A stretch of DNA of 64,000 nucleotides from Podarcis tiliguerta. Its lineage: Eukaryota. Numbering within the stretch: position 1 is the first letter of the stretch; each line of letters starts with the position of its first letter. Location of the stretch: the NCBI GenBank assembly GCA_965153285.1, contig OZ229111.1; one strand, given 5' to 3'. Positions 12,694 through 26,195 of the stretch are shown here, in pieces. Both the position numbers and the translations under genes were made by a program. The notes beneath the pieces are model-generated. The model ran no database searches, was not told the DNA's origin, and saw only the letters and a list, made by a program, of their open reading frames with translations.

Positions 12694-15600
12694 TATAACA
12701 AGGGTCTGGTGCATTTATTTGCAAGTTACTCTCACCAAAATCAAAGCAGCTTATTTCCAAATAAACATACAATGAGGTAAGGCTGGCTATAAAAATAGTA
12801 ATAATGCTTGCTGATTTGATGTCTTAGTAGTAGCATGATGCCAATGCTCTTATTTTCTCTCGATCTGAATGTTTATAAATACACATTTCTAAAGATATTT
12901 TATTGGTTGAGTCAATAGTTATGACAAAGTGCTACCTGGATTGGCCTTTCAGATTTCTGCCGTGCTACACTATACATAGACAAAATAACATCTCTGGAAT
13001 AGCAGGACATAACAGGAGTAGAAGCCATTGAGGTGTTCTCCAAATGTTCAATGACAATTCCCATTAGCCCCAACAATTAAGGCCAGCGGTTAGGGATGAT
13101 GGGAATTGTAGTTCACAAACAACTGGACGGCACCATGTTGGCTACCCAATTTTCTTGACTTTGGGGGACAGTCACCCCAATACATATACGACCATCCCCA
13201 CAAACAAATCTAGTTTCTAGTGGAAACGGCTGTCAATAAATCACCATTAACTAATGAGAATGAATATCTATACATCTGAGTAAAAATGACTAATGCTGGT
13301 TTTTCTCAAGTTAATAGTACAACGTGTTACTTCAGACCTAATAGTTGAACTGTTGGTACATATACACTATCAAGGTTCCCCGCTTGGCGGTCCAACCCAA
13401 GTGTCAGTCTTCTGCCCTGTTTCTTCTTGAAGAATTTACTAAGCAGATTATCAAAATCAGGATCTAAAGAGAATCAACTGGAAGATATGAATAATCCAAA
13501 CACTCATAAATTGCATCTGGTGGCAAGTGCCTTAAGGGGGCGGGGTGGAGGTAGAGAGGTATTGTATTCATAGATGAGTGCATCTCTGGAAAGCACCAAG
13601 AAGAAGAGCATTTAACCAGCCTAGCCTGAGTTTGACGTACTGTGCCATTCTCCTACAACAAAAGCTCCTGCACTTGTCTTGCTGATTTGCCAGTCGCGAT
13701 TGCTACAGATCCCTGACCTCAAGACTTGGCCACACTCCAATTATTTTCATTTAAGCTGTATTTATTTGTTGTTGACAGATACCCAGATGGATCCTGTGCA
13801 TGCCTTGAAAGCTCAAAAAGGATTTGTTTTTACTTTCCGTAATACATATATTTAGATTACAACACTCTGCAATTACGCACCACAGAAATTTACACAGTAA
13901 CTAATCAACACTCCCACCTGCCCTCTCGCAGCCTTCATTGGAGAATGTGAGAAGCAAATCTATTTTATAATCCTCATTTTACACACGAGGGAGTTGCAAC
14001 AACAATAACAATATACGCAAAGTGAGCGGTCCAAACACAGGCCTTTGTCACAACGAACACTGAGATGTGCATGGATTTCTGCTCTGTGTGCTCACAACAG
14101 GCCGTTTTGCCTCAACTGAAAGAATCAGCTGTAAAAGCAGGACAAGCCACCTTCAGTGCAATTATTTTATATAAAATGGGTTTCCAAGAAGCGGCCTGAA
14201 GAAGGCTGGGTAATCATATAGTAGTGGCTTCTCTTATTTTCATCTGCTAAAATGAATTAAATGGGGGGGGGGGGGAAATATCTCAAATAACTTTCTTGGC
14301 ATTGTTTTTCTCTTCATTAAATTGCTGAAATGGCCAAAAGTGTGCAATGGTCAGGTAAATTTGGAGCAGGACCAAATTTGGGGCACGTAAAACATATATT
14401 CTGCATGCAAATGAGAGATGATTCAGTCCCTTAGCATCTCTGTTTTACTAGCAGATTACGTGGAAGATCCCTGCTTGAGGCTTTGGAGAGCTGCTGCTAG
14501 TAAGAGTAGATCAAACTGGACTAAATGGATTAAATGGTCCTATATTAACTGGAGATGCCAAAAACTAAACGTGGGTCCTTCTGTGTACAAAACAGCTGCT
14601 CTACCGCTGAACTCTGGTCCCTCTGATCTTCATTCAAGATTTTATGGTGGTTTACAAAATTTAAAAGCAACCTCCAGAAAGCTGGCAACATATTAATAAA
14701 ATAAAGTAAGATTAAAATTAATCAATGGCCATCTTTGGACAATCAGATCCTGGTTTAGCAAGTAAGGATATGCATGAGTTCCATGAACCTGAACGCACCC
14801 CCTCTGGACCCTGCATTGGTTGTCCTTTCACCCATGTGCGGAAACAAGCCAGGAAGCTGCAGCTAACCTTCATTTCCTGTTTCATGCAAGCCAGGAAACT
14901 ATGGTCAATGGCTTCCAAACAAGCCAGGGTTCACAAGCCAACTTTCAGCAATGGCTTCACAGCCTGGTCTGTTTGGAAACCTTTGTGTAGAAAAGTCTGT
15001 CTCCTGCCCCTCTATTTTCTCTGAGTGAAGCTAGCATGTGGTTCCTATTTGTTATTCAGCTCTCTCGGATAAAGGTTAGGATGTCTGAAAGAAAGATAGG
15101 AGATCCCAAGCAACGCTTTATACCTGAGATGGCCCAGCTTCCTCTGCTCCCGCCCTGGGAATGTCTAGCATTCTTCACACCCCCGATGCGTGTCAAAACT
15201 CTTCTTCACTGTGAAACATGGCATTGGCTCACACTGGTCAGAAGTCAGGATCCAACACAGGATGAGCGAGTCCATAAAAACTGAGCTGCCTTATGCAGCT
15301 CTGTCTCCCCACCCTTCATCAAGGTCCAAATTTTGTCTTCTATATCTCAACAGTAGAGCATAAAAGTATCTCCACAAGCAGCAATCTACACAGAGGCTAT
15401 AACATGCCTAAACCATGTAGTCATGCAGACTTCCCATGTGGCTATACACAGTAAGAGGCTGACAAAACATGGGTGGCACTCTGACAATTTCACTTAGCAG
15501 CAGAAAGGACTTTATGTGGCATCAAAATTCAATGAACCCAAGGACTCAGGCACATCATAAACATTATTTAATGTTCCTACCAACTTCTTAGCCTATCCTG

Positions 15601-17227
15601 GCTGTCCTTAATTATGAGTGGGCCAAAGTGGATACTAGCTGCCTGCCTGCCTCCATCCTTTGACATAATTTTGTCTCCGTTCTTGACTGAAAAATCCATC
15701 ACCTGTTGCAAGTCTACCACAAATGCTCCTTGTTTCCAAAGTCTACACCAAATATTGAAAACAACTGATCTGTCTTTAAAAATCAGAGGAACACACATAT
15801 GCAGGTGGACAGAAACTTACACAGATGGGCACACAGCATGATAAGCAAGCAAACAGATGGATGCAGAAGGACACCCAGAGACATAGTATAGATATGGAAA
15901 CACAGGCAGAGGAAGGAAAGGAGGAAGAGCATCAGAATCCAGTGCAAAAGATCCACTACAGAGGAACATAACAGGGGGAGGAAAAATAAGATGCTCATGG
16001 CATACACGTTTTCAGCATCTTTATTATTAGGCAGGCTAGGCCCTGTTTCTTCAATGTGAAAGCTAAGATGCCCAAGATCTTTATACTAGGCATCCCGCCC
16101 TCCAAATGTCTGCAGTATGGAATGAATACCTCATGTTCAAACAGCGAATTCCTTGAAAGATGCTACACTTTTACAGTGTTGTCTCCACAAGGCTCCAAAT
16201 CAGCCCAGGTTTAAACTCAAATGAAGGGATTTGCCTATATCCCCCCCAGGATACTTTATTTGGAGTTTTTCAGATTGTTTTCTGATGAGTTTTCTCTTTA
16301 TCGTGTTCCACCAAAGTATCTAAAACACTTGACACAAAAACACTCAGATGGATGGTTTTGGAAACAGGTAGAGAAAGTTTCGGTCCACCCCAAAGATAAA
16401 AGAAATGAAATGTTTTTAACTCATTCCTGATTCTCACACTCTTAAGTAATGCATGCTATTCCTGACTAACAATAGTCCCTTCAATGTATTTTCCTTATTT
16501 ATTCTAATAGGGGAACTCTAGCAAGTCTAGTTTAGGTTAAACACGCACCCAATTGCACCAAGGAGGGATTTGAAAAAGGTAAGCAATCTCAGCAATTCAA
16601 TCAATAATTTTATCAACGCTTGCTTAGTGGACCTATTCTGAACTTTTATTTCATTCATTCAGAGAAGTACAAAACTGTAAAAATGCTCTCCATCACAGTA
16701 AGAAAATTATGTATCCAATATTTTTGTTTATTTTTTGTCAGTCCCCTATCCAGAGTGTATGCAATGGCTAAAGAGAAAGGCTCTCAACAAGGAATACGGC
16801 CTGTCCGCTAATCTCATAGACTCATAAACAACCATGTTACAGTGGGAACATCCACCTTGAACGTATATACTCACACAATCAGCTTCCAACTTCATTTCCC
16901 TAGGCTGTTTTCTGCACGAATAGTACAGTTGCAACTGTGTCCTATTTTTCTATAGTTGATGACCTCAATGCCTTCCCAGCACTATAGGGAGGGCAGTAAT
17001 GCGCATCATGTCTCGCCGGGGCTCAACTGCAATTCATCATTATTTTATCTGCTAGAATTTAATTGGATCCTATCAAACTCTCCTGATACTCCCTTTTCAC
17101 TTTAAACACTGCTGCAGGAAAGATAAATGTCGTTGCTGCTTGGAGAGAGAGAGGCTCTCCCCTCCACCAATGTTTCTGGATTTGTAAGATCCAGTGCTAT
17201 TTCCCTCTCTGTGCCTGGCTAATGCTA

Positions 17228-17228
<1 letters not shown>

Positions 17229-17263
<35 letters not shown>

Positions 17264-17344
17264 TAGGTGTGCAGTGCTCATAAAAGGGCCTTGTGTATAT
17301 GATTTATGGGGCCCTGCAAATGTACTCAAGGCCCAGTAAAATAT

Positions 17345-17380
<36 letters not shown>

Positions 17381-17410
17381 ACGTGCACACACGCGCGCGC
17401 ACACACACAC
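17229..17410. repeat. (CA)15 and (TG)15 microsatellites in inverted arrangement, then mixed CA/CG run
   Basis: ta(ca)15ctg at 17229-17263, cag(tg)15ta at 17345-17379, then cacgtgcacacacgcgcgcgcacacacacac. Confidence 0.95.
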
Positions 17411-18059
17411 CAGGGCTTGACATCTGCTTTGATTTTACATCTGCTCTCTCCCTGCCTAGCATTTATGTTTCTCCATCACCGCCTGTAACTCAGCCTCCCT
17501 CCCTTATAAATTTGCCTAATTCTAAAACTATACATCTCCCAAGTTCAGCATATTTAGAGCCTCGGGTTTTTATGCAGCCATAATGAGATCCCTTAGACTC
17601 AGGTCCAAAATGAACAGAAGCAAAGTTTTTAATTGAATATTTATTGGATGTTTAATTTATACTTGTATATTTAATATATATTATTTTATATTCATAGGCC
17701 TTTGGGATGTAAAATGCTTGGCTGCTGTGAAGAATGGAAGTTCTAGGGTGTGTGTTTTTTTAGCTACGCAGTATATTTTAGTATGTTTTAAAATTACCTT
17801 TATTGTGTTTTAATGGTTGTAAACACCCTTGAGAACCTTGCTTGTTTATAGGTTAAAAGGTGCCGTTTGCATTTTTTAATGCATAAATAAAAAATGTATG
17901 TCATAATCTCTTGGGTGCCTTGCTCTTATATCTTGTGAACCACTAAAAGGACAAGAGAGCCCAAGCTCATCCCTCTGACTCAGCATGCCACCGGTTCCTC
18001 CAACAAAACAAAATAACTTAGGGATATTAAAAGAAGAAGCAAGATCCTACGGGGGCTTT

Positions 18060-18452
18060 GAGATCCTCTGGGAAGGCCTTTCTATGGGTTCCTCCACCTC
18101 TACAGACACATTTGGTGAGGTCACGAGAGGGGGCCTTCTCAGTGGCTACTCCCTGATAGTGACACCAGCCCAGCCTAGCTGTCTCTCCACTTTCCTTTCG
18201 CCAGACAGGCAAATATATCTTTTGTCCAGACAGGCCTTTGGCCACAAACGGGTCTTCTGAGAGGGGTGGTGTACATTTTCTTCTTCTCTTTTGTCGTTCT
18301 GCTATTTAATAGTTCTCAGTGTTGCTTTTAATAGGGCTGCTTTCAATAGGTATAGGCATAGTCATTTAATTAAATTGTTTTAATACATGCTGTGAACTGC
18401 ACTGGGTCCTGCTCGGGGATAAAGGAGGGATATAAAATAAAAATAAATAAAT
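18060..18452 (+). mobile_element. Degenerate L2-clade LINE 3' fragment
   Basis: gagaggggccttctcagtggct...ttttgtccagacaggcctttgg, 3'UTR tgtgaactgc, and a (TAAA)n tail. Confidence 0.65.
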
Positions 18453-19204
18453 ACATTTCTGGCAAACAGCAACTTTCCCTCCAAAGCTATACCCACACTA
18501 GGACAGATCAGTGTAAGTGTTTTATCCCATCCCTGTAATGAAGGGGAGTGGAGGTGGGGGTAACCTGTAGCCTTGCTGTGAGGTAGAGGGCTGCTGCAGA
18601 ATGATAGTTTGGCCTTGCTGATGTCGTCGTCCCCCCACTCTGTATTTGCCACAATAGCAGAATTCTTAACCTCTACATCAATGAAACAATCAATCAATCT
18701 AGTTTTAGAATGTCACAAAATGGAGCCAGGAGAGTAGGTACAATTTGTCATGGAGATGTCTGGGCACTGCTCAACAGATGTTTACAGTAGCAATGAAACT
18801 GCAGTTTAAGGGGTCTCAGTCACAATGGAAGCACTGGTTGACAAGGGGGCAGGGATCACACTCACACAGCAAGGAAATATTGATACCAGAATGCTTGGGG
18901 AAGCACCGGAATTCCTCTAAGTGATATTTTCAGGGTTGGGGGCACAGTGTTACAGGAGAACTTCCTGAAGAATCAACCCAGAAGATGATGCTGGGGGAGC
19001 TCTGTTCCAGCCAAACGGCCTTTGGCTTACGAGGTTCCATTCTGTCTGCCATGTTGTTGTTGTTTGAGGGGAAAAAACTACACAACACTTCTGCAAGAGA
19101 TCACTTGGAGGCCTGAGGTGAGGGGCCACCAATATGCAGGTGGCACGCTGCTCTGCCTCTCACTTCCAACTGCTTGTCCCAGTAGGTTGTGAAACTCTTC
19201 AGCC

Positions 19205-19620
19205 GCTGCTCAAGAGGTGGCTTGGGGATGAATGAGAAGAAGCTTGAAGCTTAATCTAGACAAGATGGAGGTTCTGTGGGAGAGGAAACTGGTAAATCTG
19301 GGGGGAGGTTTACAACTAGCCTTGGACAGGATTGCACGTCCCCTGAAGGACGGAATTCACATCTTAGGGGTCTTCACAGGGTTCTGTCTGTGGAAGCACG
19401 GCTAGAGGCACTGCTAGGAGTGACTTGTTAGCTGAGGCTGCTACCCTAGTGATCCACGCACTAGTGACATACAGGTTAAACTGAATACAGCTGGGAAACT
19501 TTAACTTGGGCAGAACGCACATGTTGATGAGGATAGGACAGCTGGAGCATGTAACACTGATTTTGTACTAGTTGCCAGTCTGCACTGTGCTGGGTTTGGA
19601 GCTTTAAAGCCCTAGAACAG
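19205..19620 (+). mobile_element. Degenerate L2-clade RT fragment
   Basis: Remnant peptides LKLNLDKME and LDRIARPLKDGIHILGV resemble the L2 motifs LKLNPDKTE and LDGVALPLK.QV.SLGV. Confidence 0.55.
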
Positions 19621-19855
19621 TCAACCTCAGCTTGGTACACAGCAGATGTTGGAGAACTCCAACTACTCAGCATGGCCAGTGCCCAGGGATGGTGTCTGTT
19701 ATAACACAAAACATCTGGAGGGCACCAGGGTTGGAGAAAGATGTCTAAGACAGCTAATAAGTCAGTAGACAAATGCTTTTTTTAATAGTCATCTAAGCTG
19801 GCTAGTTTTCCCCACATATTGTGGAGGAGAACTCCATCTGAGACTTCCATAACTA

Positions 19856-20116
19856 CCGTATTTTTCGCTCTATAAGACGCACCAGACCACAAGACGCACC
19901 TAGTTTTTGGAGGAGGAAAACAGGGGGGAAAAAATATTCTGAATCTCAGAAGCCAGAACAGCAAGAAGGATCGCTGCGCAGTGAAAGCAGCAATCCCTCT
20001 TGCTGTTCTGGCTTCTGGGATAGCTGAACAGCCTGCATTCGCTCCATAAGACGCACACACATTTCCCCTTACTTTTTAGAAGGGAAAAAGTGAGTCTTAT
20101 AGAGCAAAAAATACGG
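19856..20116. mobile_element. pogo/Tigger-like MITE (261 bp)
   Basis: TIR ccgtatttttcgctctataagac matches the other end at 22/23; TA duplication; internal repeated aagacgcac. Confidence 0.88.
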
Positions 20117-23100
20117 TATATAGTCTTGACTCAAAGGGCTGCAGCACGCGCCACATTCGCAAGCATACACCAAGACGCGCCTGATAAAAATCTGTCCCGC
20201 TTTTGTTACCATAAAGTAGAAACATAGGGTATGGACAAAAAGCTGTTTTCTAAGTTTCATGTCACCTTGCAAAGTTAACCAACTTTGCAAAGTGTGAAGC
20301 AATACAATGAAACCAGATGGAGTGGGGGGGAAAGCAAGAGAATAGAGAAAAATTTGGAAAAGTGTGAACATGAAGCCTTTAAAACTGCCTGGCTAGTTGC
20401 CTTTAAATGTTAAGAACACTTGTGTCCCTTCTAGGTGTGAACAGATTCTTGAATTAGAAAGAGAGTTCTAGAATGGTAACTGAGTGTAAAAATGGAGTTC
20501 AGATATTGATGTCATTGAAATCTACAATTTCCAGTACCCAAACAGGAAAGAAAATAAAGATGAAAAAAAAGACTTTGAAATGGGGAACATCAATATGTTA
20601 AGCAGCTGAAAAAATGTTACAAAAATATATTGGTATTGCATTCTGCATACATAGAGAGATTTTGATAATGTAGAAGCTAAATCTGGGTCCCTGTAAATTA
20701 AATAGACGCACAAACAAAAACTGAATGTTGCAGGCAGTGCAGCTGTACTGGTAGGATCCTCTGCTGAAAGTTGAGACACATGAGGTATAGTCCCAAATAT
20801 TATTGAAATTCATGGAACTTGAGTGATTAATAGCATTCTCAAGTCCCTTCCGTTTCTGCAGGTCTTGAGGTCAGTTCCCATACTCCACAAACTCTACAGG
20901 TTAGCAGAAACATTAGCATTAGGCAACCACCAATCTTTTAGCAATGTGTGTTTTAGACATCAGTGTTATTTAAAACATGCATTTAATCTGATTATATTTT
21001 GCCTTGGGGAAACCGCACACAATCACGGGCAGTGTGAATTGCCCTCAGTGCCCTAACTTTTATTGGATTCTTCCCCCCTTGATTTGGATTCTAATTCCAA
21101 TGCAGACACCAATTTGCATTGCAAAAGCTGCATTTTTTCTTTAAGACCTCTCTTTGGCTGCTTCCATTGTTAACAATATGGCTCAGAATTGCTTTCTGTC
21201 TGTCCACACAGCAAGGACCTCTAGGCCAATTTTTCTATGGAGGCACCTCTATGCTGCTATCATATACATAATAAGGAGACTAGGGGTGACTCCACTGTTT
21301 CTTATATAATGGTTCAATAGCTATAATGATGCGCTTTAAGCAAAATCTACAGTAAGCCACTGGATGGAAGTACGGAACTATTCTGGTAATGCTCCAAGGC
21401 ACTGCTTTCTTTGGCATCTTTTTGTCAATCGAATAGTTATGGCATTGACAGAATGCAAGTTACCTCCTGGCCTTCTAATCCTGATCCAATCTCCCGCTTA
21501 TAGATGAGAATACACCCTCCCTTCATTCAGGTTTTGTGTTGCTATAGATACAGGATTCCTCTCCCACAGGCTGCATTTCAGATACAACCTTCAAGACCCA
21601 TTAAGCCAGCGCTTCTGCTGCTGTTCAACCATAGCGTTTATTGTTAAACAGTGTCCTTCAGTACACAGCATCCCAAATCTCCTTAGAGAGAACTAAGCTC
21701 AATTGTGTGCTGAAGTGAAATGGGAGGGTTTAAAGAAGAGATTTGGAGAGGGAGACCCTGACCCTGAGTGCTCACGTCCTGGTAAATATAATGAGAAGGA
21801 GGATACTCAGTACCAACAGGATTCAGCTTTGGAATCTTAATTTCAAAAGCATGATGGAAATGGGCTAATATAAGGAAGAGATGAAGAAAGACGTACAGGT
21901 TTACTTGTAATCTTATCTAGCTAAAAGCCAGGATCTTGAATAGTGCAGGGAGGGAATAAGGGATTAGCTAAAGGTAGAGTATTTTCTTTCTTTCTTTCTC
22001 TCCATTTTCAAAATATTAAAAGTGTTATTTAAAAAATTCAAATAAAAGAGGGAAAGAAGGTGGCAGCAGAGTAAGAGAGAGAGAGAGAAAGAGAAGAGAG
22101 AGAAAGGAGGCAACAGTACAAAGCTGCAAAGTGGACAGGATAGACTACAGTAGGTATCAGTGGAGAATAAATTCTCAAGTGATAAATTTCTATCCACTAT
22201 ATGTACATAAAGCCCAACCCCTGTAAGGAATATATCACATTATCATTCTAATACTAGCAAGTTGAGCAAAGTCAAGAAGGCTGACGACTGTGGGGCAACA
22301 AGACATGCTGAATTTTGCAACTTTCAAATTCCCAAAATGAGAGGTGCTGAAAAGTTGTAATGTGACTTGTGAATTCAATATAAAATGGTACTTTTTAACT
22401 GTGTACTTATTTTTCTCACCAAAGAAACCCCAAGAAATTTAATCCTGCCACACCTAGGAGTCAAATAAAACAGCCGCATGATGCAGTGGTACGACTTCCC
22501 AACGTCCTCTGCAATGCTTGCATTTTTATTTTTTTACTGTCTCCACTGTTTTAATCAGGTTGTTAAGATATGCTGTTTTGTTACTGTAATTGTTTTTACT
22601 GGTTGTTAACCATCCCAATAGTATATTAACTAAAGGGCAGTATGAATGCAGGTGTGCGCACATGCACACAAAATAGAATAAATATTTGTGAGACAATTCC
22701 AAGACTCATGCTTGAGTTTCCAGTGGTGAAGTGCAGCTGATGTGAAACAAGATATACTAGCAGCTGTCTCCTACTCTTGAAATAGGCCAGAAATCCCCTT
22801 CCTTCCCATTTGCTTTCTCCTGAAGCAGATGAAAATGGCTCCTCTGAAGCATTTACACTGCCTGGGAGCAGATTCTCCCACCCCCTAATCAAGACCATTT
22901 CAAGTACTGCAAGCTAGATGTGATTAGGCTGCGTATATGTTTCAGTAACAGCACTCAGACGGCCAAGAAGGTATTTTGTGTAACTGGTCTCCTGCTGGGC
23001 AAATGGCTGCTCAGTTGACCTCTGAAGAATCCTCTCCAAGCTGGCAATTGGGAGTGGCAAAAGCTGTGTTGCAAAGAAGGATGATCAACCAGCCTCTACA

Positions 23101-23589
23101 GACTCATTGTCATTGGGCAAGGGGCAGTCTGCCCTTACAAGCAAAGGTGAGGGAGGACTGTTCTCTCTCTCTCTCTCGCATCCTCCATTTCATCCATCAT
23201 GGATGTTTCCTTCATTCCAGCAATTTAAGACAGGGCTATTAGCGTACCCCAGCTTAGTCCTGTGGTTTTTAAACTTTCTTTTGCCTTGGCTTAAGCTTTC
23301 CCAAGACAGAATGTGAGTTTCCTCAGGCCTAATTCATATGTTGCCTATATAAGAGAAGAATCAAGAGTAACACATGATAATTTGGGGGATCTAAGGGTGC
23401 AATTCAACAGGTGCAAGGGTGGCAGGGAGGAGAGAAAAATATTTAGAGTCACTAGTACTTCTTCCCTGGCTTCTACTGATGTGTGAATGCTCCTTCATAT
23501 GGGGGTATAACTTCCAATCCAAAGCTATTGTCTCCAAAACTTACTAGCCGATTAAAGCAATGCATTGCATTGGCTTCCTATTTGCTTCC

Positions 23590-23860
23590 ATGACCAACTC
23601 AAGGTGCTGGTGCTGACTTCCAAAGCTGTAAACAATTTGGGACCCAAATATCTGAAGCAGCATGTCTACCCATCCTAGCATCCTTGTGCATGAAGATCTT
23701 CAAACAAGACCCCCTTCTACAAGTAATCATTAGTTGGTCGAGTACATTGTGTAGATTTCAAGGGACAGTGTTGATGCTCTCTGCAAGGAAGCTCTACTGA
23801 TGCTGATGCTACAACATTTTCATTGTCAGGTTAAGACATTTTGATTTACTCAGGCATTTA
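23590..23860 (+). mobile_element. Degenerate L2-clade ORF2 C-terminal fragment
   Basis: Translates as QLKVLVLTSKAVNNLGPKYLKQH (L2 motif FKVLVLTYKAL..LGP.YL) and ends in aagacattttgatttactcaggcatttaa. Confidence 0.65.
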
Positions 23861-25994
23861 AAAAAATATTGCACGGCACCCTGGAATTCACTAGGTCAAC
23901 AACAGGCTAGATTTAAAAAAAAAAAAATTATCCTCCTTTCTGTAAAGTATAACTTCAGTGTTCCCCCTTTTTTGTTCTGTGTTTTCTTTCCCAGCCCAAA
24001 TATTATTTGTTCATTTCCAACCCCTACTTCTAGTTTAGCATTCATTTCACAATTTGACTTTTCTTGTCCTTCTGTTTCCTACTGCTTTGCCTGAGCTTCC
24101 TGGATACATAATTACATTTTTAAAAAGCCGGACAACATTTTGGATTCTACCGTCTACTGAACCATTGAGTCTCCACTGTTCCAAATTGCACTGTTTCCCC
24201 ATCAGAGGCAACATCAGATAATGTGGAACTAAATATGAACTAGTGTTTCTAAAGAAGCTTCCTGCTAGAGTTCTCCTCTCCCCCACCCAAAACTTGCAAA
24301 AGGATGTTGCCAGAGCATAAGAGGGAAATGGTGCTCTCCAAGATCTCTCAACCTTGGTTTGCGCCAAGAGAATCCTTGGCACGAATGGGAGGGAGGAAAG
24401 ATCCCTTTTCAAGCAAACATTAGCTCTTCCATAACTCTGCAATGTCATTCATGTTGCTTAAGGGCAGAAGTTTATGGAATGCTGCTCACACCAGGCTGCA
24501 AATGAGCTTTCACAGTGCAAGTGATAGAAAAGAAATGTTTAAAAGGATTAAACTGGAAGCTGGAGGAGGAGGGGCTACTCTTATGCAAATGAGTGGAGGT
24601 TGGAAGACAGCCCAGCGGGTCAGCCAAGGAATGGCATGCCTCTGCAGATGAAAGGACTATTAAGACTTTAGACCTGCTAGTCTTTAATGTTAAGAGTGTA
24701 GTGCAAATAATTCATCCATTAATGTAAGGCATGTGGAACTTCTTGAGGTTTATCAGGTTAGATCACTGATCTGGCTTGACTGCAAGGAGAAACAAACTTC
24801 CCCCTCTCAACACAGTGGCTATGATAAAGTGGAAGAGGTTATCAGCAGGAAAGTACATCTGGCAGGAGCAGCCAGGTAGTGCCATGGAGCCAACCTCCTG
24901 ACGCCAGGATTGCAGTTTACGTGATGGCAAGGTCAGAGGGAACCACTGGAGCCAATACAGCATATTCACCGGTGCTACTACACATCCAGCCCCAGCTCCA
25001 CACTGTCCCGGTGAGGTGCAGAGACACCAGTCTGCGAAAGGAAACTTTGCAGAAATGCCTCATCGCATCAGCCACCCTGACCTTTGGAGAGGCTATGGTT
25101 GCAAGGCAGAATTACATAGCCAGAGCTCTGTAAGTAGTAGGCAGAAACATTTTAAAACAGATTCTGATTGTCAAGCTACTATAGATTGACTAGCTGAGGA
25201 AACAGATCCAGTATTGTTACGGAGAATCCAGGCTAGGGATTGCACCAGCTCGTGAGGGGATGGGTGGCATCGACTGAATTAAGCAAAACAGAATGAGCAG
25301 AAGAGCAGAAATTGGGGTTGGGGTGGGGGAGAGAGAAATACAATCTGGGAAAGTGTTTGAGGATGTGGGAAGGTGTACAATGCCAGATATAAATCAGAAT
25401 TGACTAAATTCTGTTTGCAAAGTTGGATCAGCCCAAGTGTGGGAGAGTAGAGAGAAGGATGGGAGTTCCTCTGGGACACAAGCAAAGCTGGCTCAGGCCT
25501 AGGCAGCTTTCTCTGGCTTTCATAAGCAAATTTCTTTGGAAATGCTCATAAAACATAGCAGAGTCCCCTTGGGTAGCTTTGGCAGAGCAGCGGAGGAAGG
25601 AGGGGATGTTGATCCTGCACAGAACAATTTCACACAGCTGAAGAGAAAGAGAAACAGGAAAAAAGGAAAGCGGATAAACACAACGGCAGAAAGAGGATCA
25701 GGACTGCTTCCAAGGCCACAGGAGCGCCATGAACACACACTTCGTACATTCCAATAAAGCAAGGAAGCAGCACGAAACAACGGGAATGACTGGGGCGCCG
25801 TTTCACCAAAGGAGCTGTGTGATGGGAGGGGAAGACCCAGAATGGACACCTTTTGTGCAGAGAGGGTAACATGTGATCTCCTCTCAGATACATGCACAGT
25901 TGAGGCCAAACGTGCATAAGAGGCAAACAGGGAATTTCTGCTGCGTTTCCCCAAAGCAGCCTTCTCAAAAGATAACTATATTCCAAAGACTCAC

Positions 25995-26195
25995 CGAAGT
26001 GTTTTGGCACTGGATGCTGGTGCTGTTAAAGCGCAGGGCAGTGACACGCTGGGATGTGCCAGGGATATGGAAGATGCACTCGTAATTGCGCTGTCCAGAC
26101 TGTGGCTGTGGCAGGTTTTTGGCAGTCAAAGTGATGGGCTTCACCACACCCACAGGGATATATATCTGGGTAGATGGAAGGATCTGCGGGCAGTC
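25995..26195 (-). CDS. PLXNA1: Plexin-A1 coding exon (201 bp; IPT2 domain)
   Basis: ctctcgcAG|GAC TGC CCG CAG...AAC ACT TCG|GTGAGT. Encodes [67 protein letters not shown]; the [12 protein letters not shown] and VTALRFNS segments match recalled PLXNA1 better than PLXNA2/A4. Confidence 0.97.
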
